DNA of 64,000 nt from Corynebacterium glucuronolyticum (lineage in GTDB: Bacteria; Actinomycetota; Actinomycetes; Mycobacteriales; Mycobacteriaceae). Under the pieces are notes generated by a model that was given only the letters and a program-made list of their open reading frames with translations, searched no databases and was not told the origin of the DNA. Shown here one piece after another: positions 63,634-64,000 of this stretch (position 1 is its first letter; each line of letters opens with the position of its first letter). Position numbers and translations under genes: made by a program. The DNA lies in the NCBI GenBank assembly GCA_022772305.1, contig JALFAQ010000006.1, positions 5,478 to 69,477 on the forward strand, written 5' to 3'.

Positions 63634-64000
63634 CTAATCCCGGTACCTCCGTCGGAACTCAGACCCTACCTCATCCAGCGTCTTTCCGGTAGTTTCCGGC
63701 ACACATCCGCGCACGAAAAGGAACGCTATGGCCCCTAGTACAGCAAACGCGCCAAAGGTGAGCGACCCGCCGATCGCGTCCACGAGGGGCAGGAAGAACT
63801 GCGCCACGGCCCAGTTCGCAGCCCACAGACCAAGGCCCGCAATCCCCATGCCGAAGCCGCGCACCTGCAGAGGCACGATCTCCGAAATGAGCAGCCACGT
63901 GGCAAGCGACACCGAGGCCTGCTGGAAGGCGATAAACACGGCCATGAGAAACAGCGCCAGCATGGCCACCGCGAAGTTGCCGTGCGCGAACCGGAAGGTG
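63634..64000 (-). CDS. MFS sugar-porter family transporter, C-terminal part (gene continues beyond the window)
   Basis: SEIVPLQVRGFGMGIAG..., PETTGKTLDEV sugar-porter C-terminal signature; frame still open at position 64000. Confidence 0.7.
   Translation of the reverse strand, partial: TFRFAHGNFAVAMLALFLMAVFIAFQQASVSLATWLLISEIVPLQVRGFGMGIAGLGLWAANWAVAQFFLPLVDAIGGSLTFGAFAVLGAIAFLFVRGCVPETTGKTLDEVGSEFRRRYRD

Overview
High-GC (about 60%) actinobacterial chromosome segment, almost certainly Corynebacterium. The evidence is gene order matching M. tuberculosis Rv1329c-Rv1341 (dinG, pncB, clpS, DUF2017, P1 peptidase, rhomboid, murI, MBL hydrolase, rph, rdgB), a C. glutamicum-type nan/sia sialic-acid cluster, a LAxTG-sorted surface protein, ctaD and a split class Ib RNR (nrdF apart from nrdHIE).

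Layout:
- 1.7-13.7 kb: sialic acid uptake and catabolism (ABC importer, nanA, nanR, nanE, nanK, nagB, nagA, plus an embedded esterase).
- 13.7-21 kb: housekeeping genes, tRNA-His, two tRNA-Lys, an L,D-transpeptidase and a large surface protein.
- 20.9-32.9 kb: beta-glucuronide/hexuronate utilisation (LacI regulator, GntP permease, uxaC, mannonate oxidoreductase, uidA, GPH transporter, ManD, gntK), split by bcp.
- 32.9-34.1 kb: a DUF3618-DUF305-DUF3618 operon.
- 34.8-38.9 kb: a heavily decayed prophage at tRNA-Leu, with a frameshifted IS256-family element.
- 39-49 kb: a long, tightly coupled minus-strand operon around murI.
- 48.5-64 kb: core genes.

Most interesting:
1. The prophage remnant keeps a MuF head-morphogenesis protein whose C-terminus looks like a bacterial EndoU RNase toxin. 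A small AT-rich ORF overlaps it by ATGA and is a probable immunity gene.
2. The glucuronide GPH transporter is fused in-frame to a cytidylate-kinase-like (Cytidylate_kin2-type) domain.
3. A 4-copy octamer repeat carrying Shine-Dalgarno motifs sits directly upstream of the surface-protein gene.
4. Class A beta-lactamase-like paralogs are inserted in the rhomboid-murI operon, and a third copy is decayed.

All family calls come from reading motifs in the supplied translations. No database search was run. Many long ORFs in the track are antisense shadow ORFs typical of GC-rich DNA and were not called.
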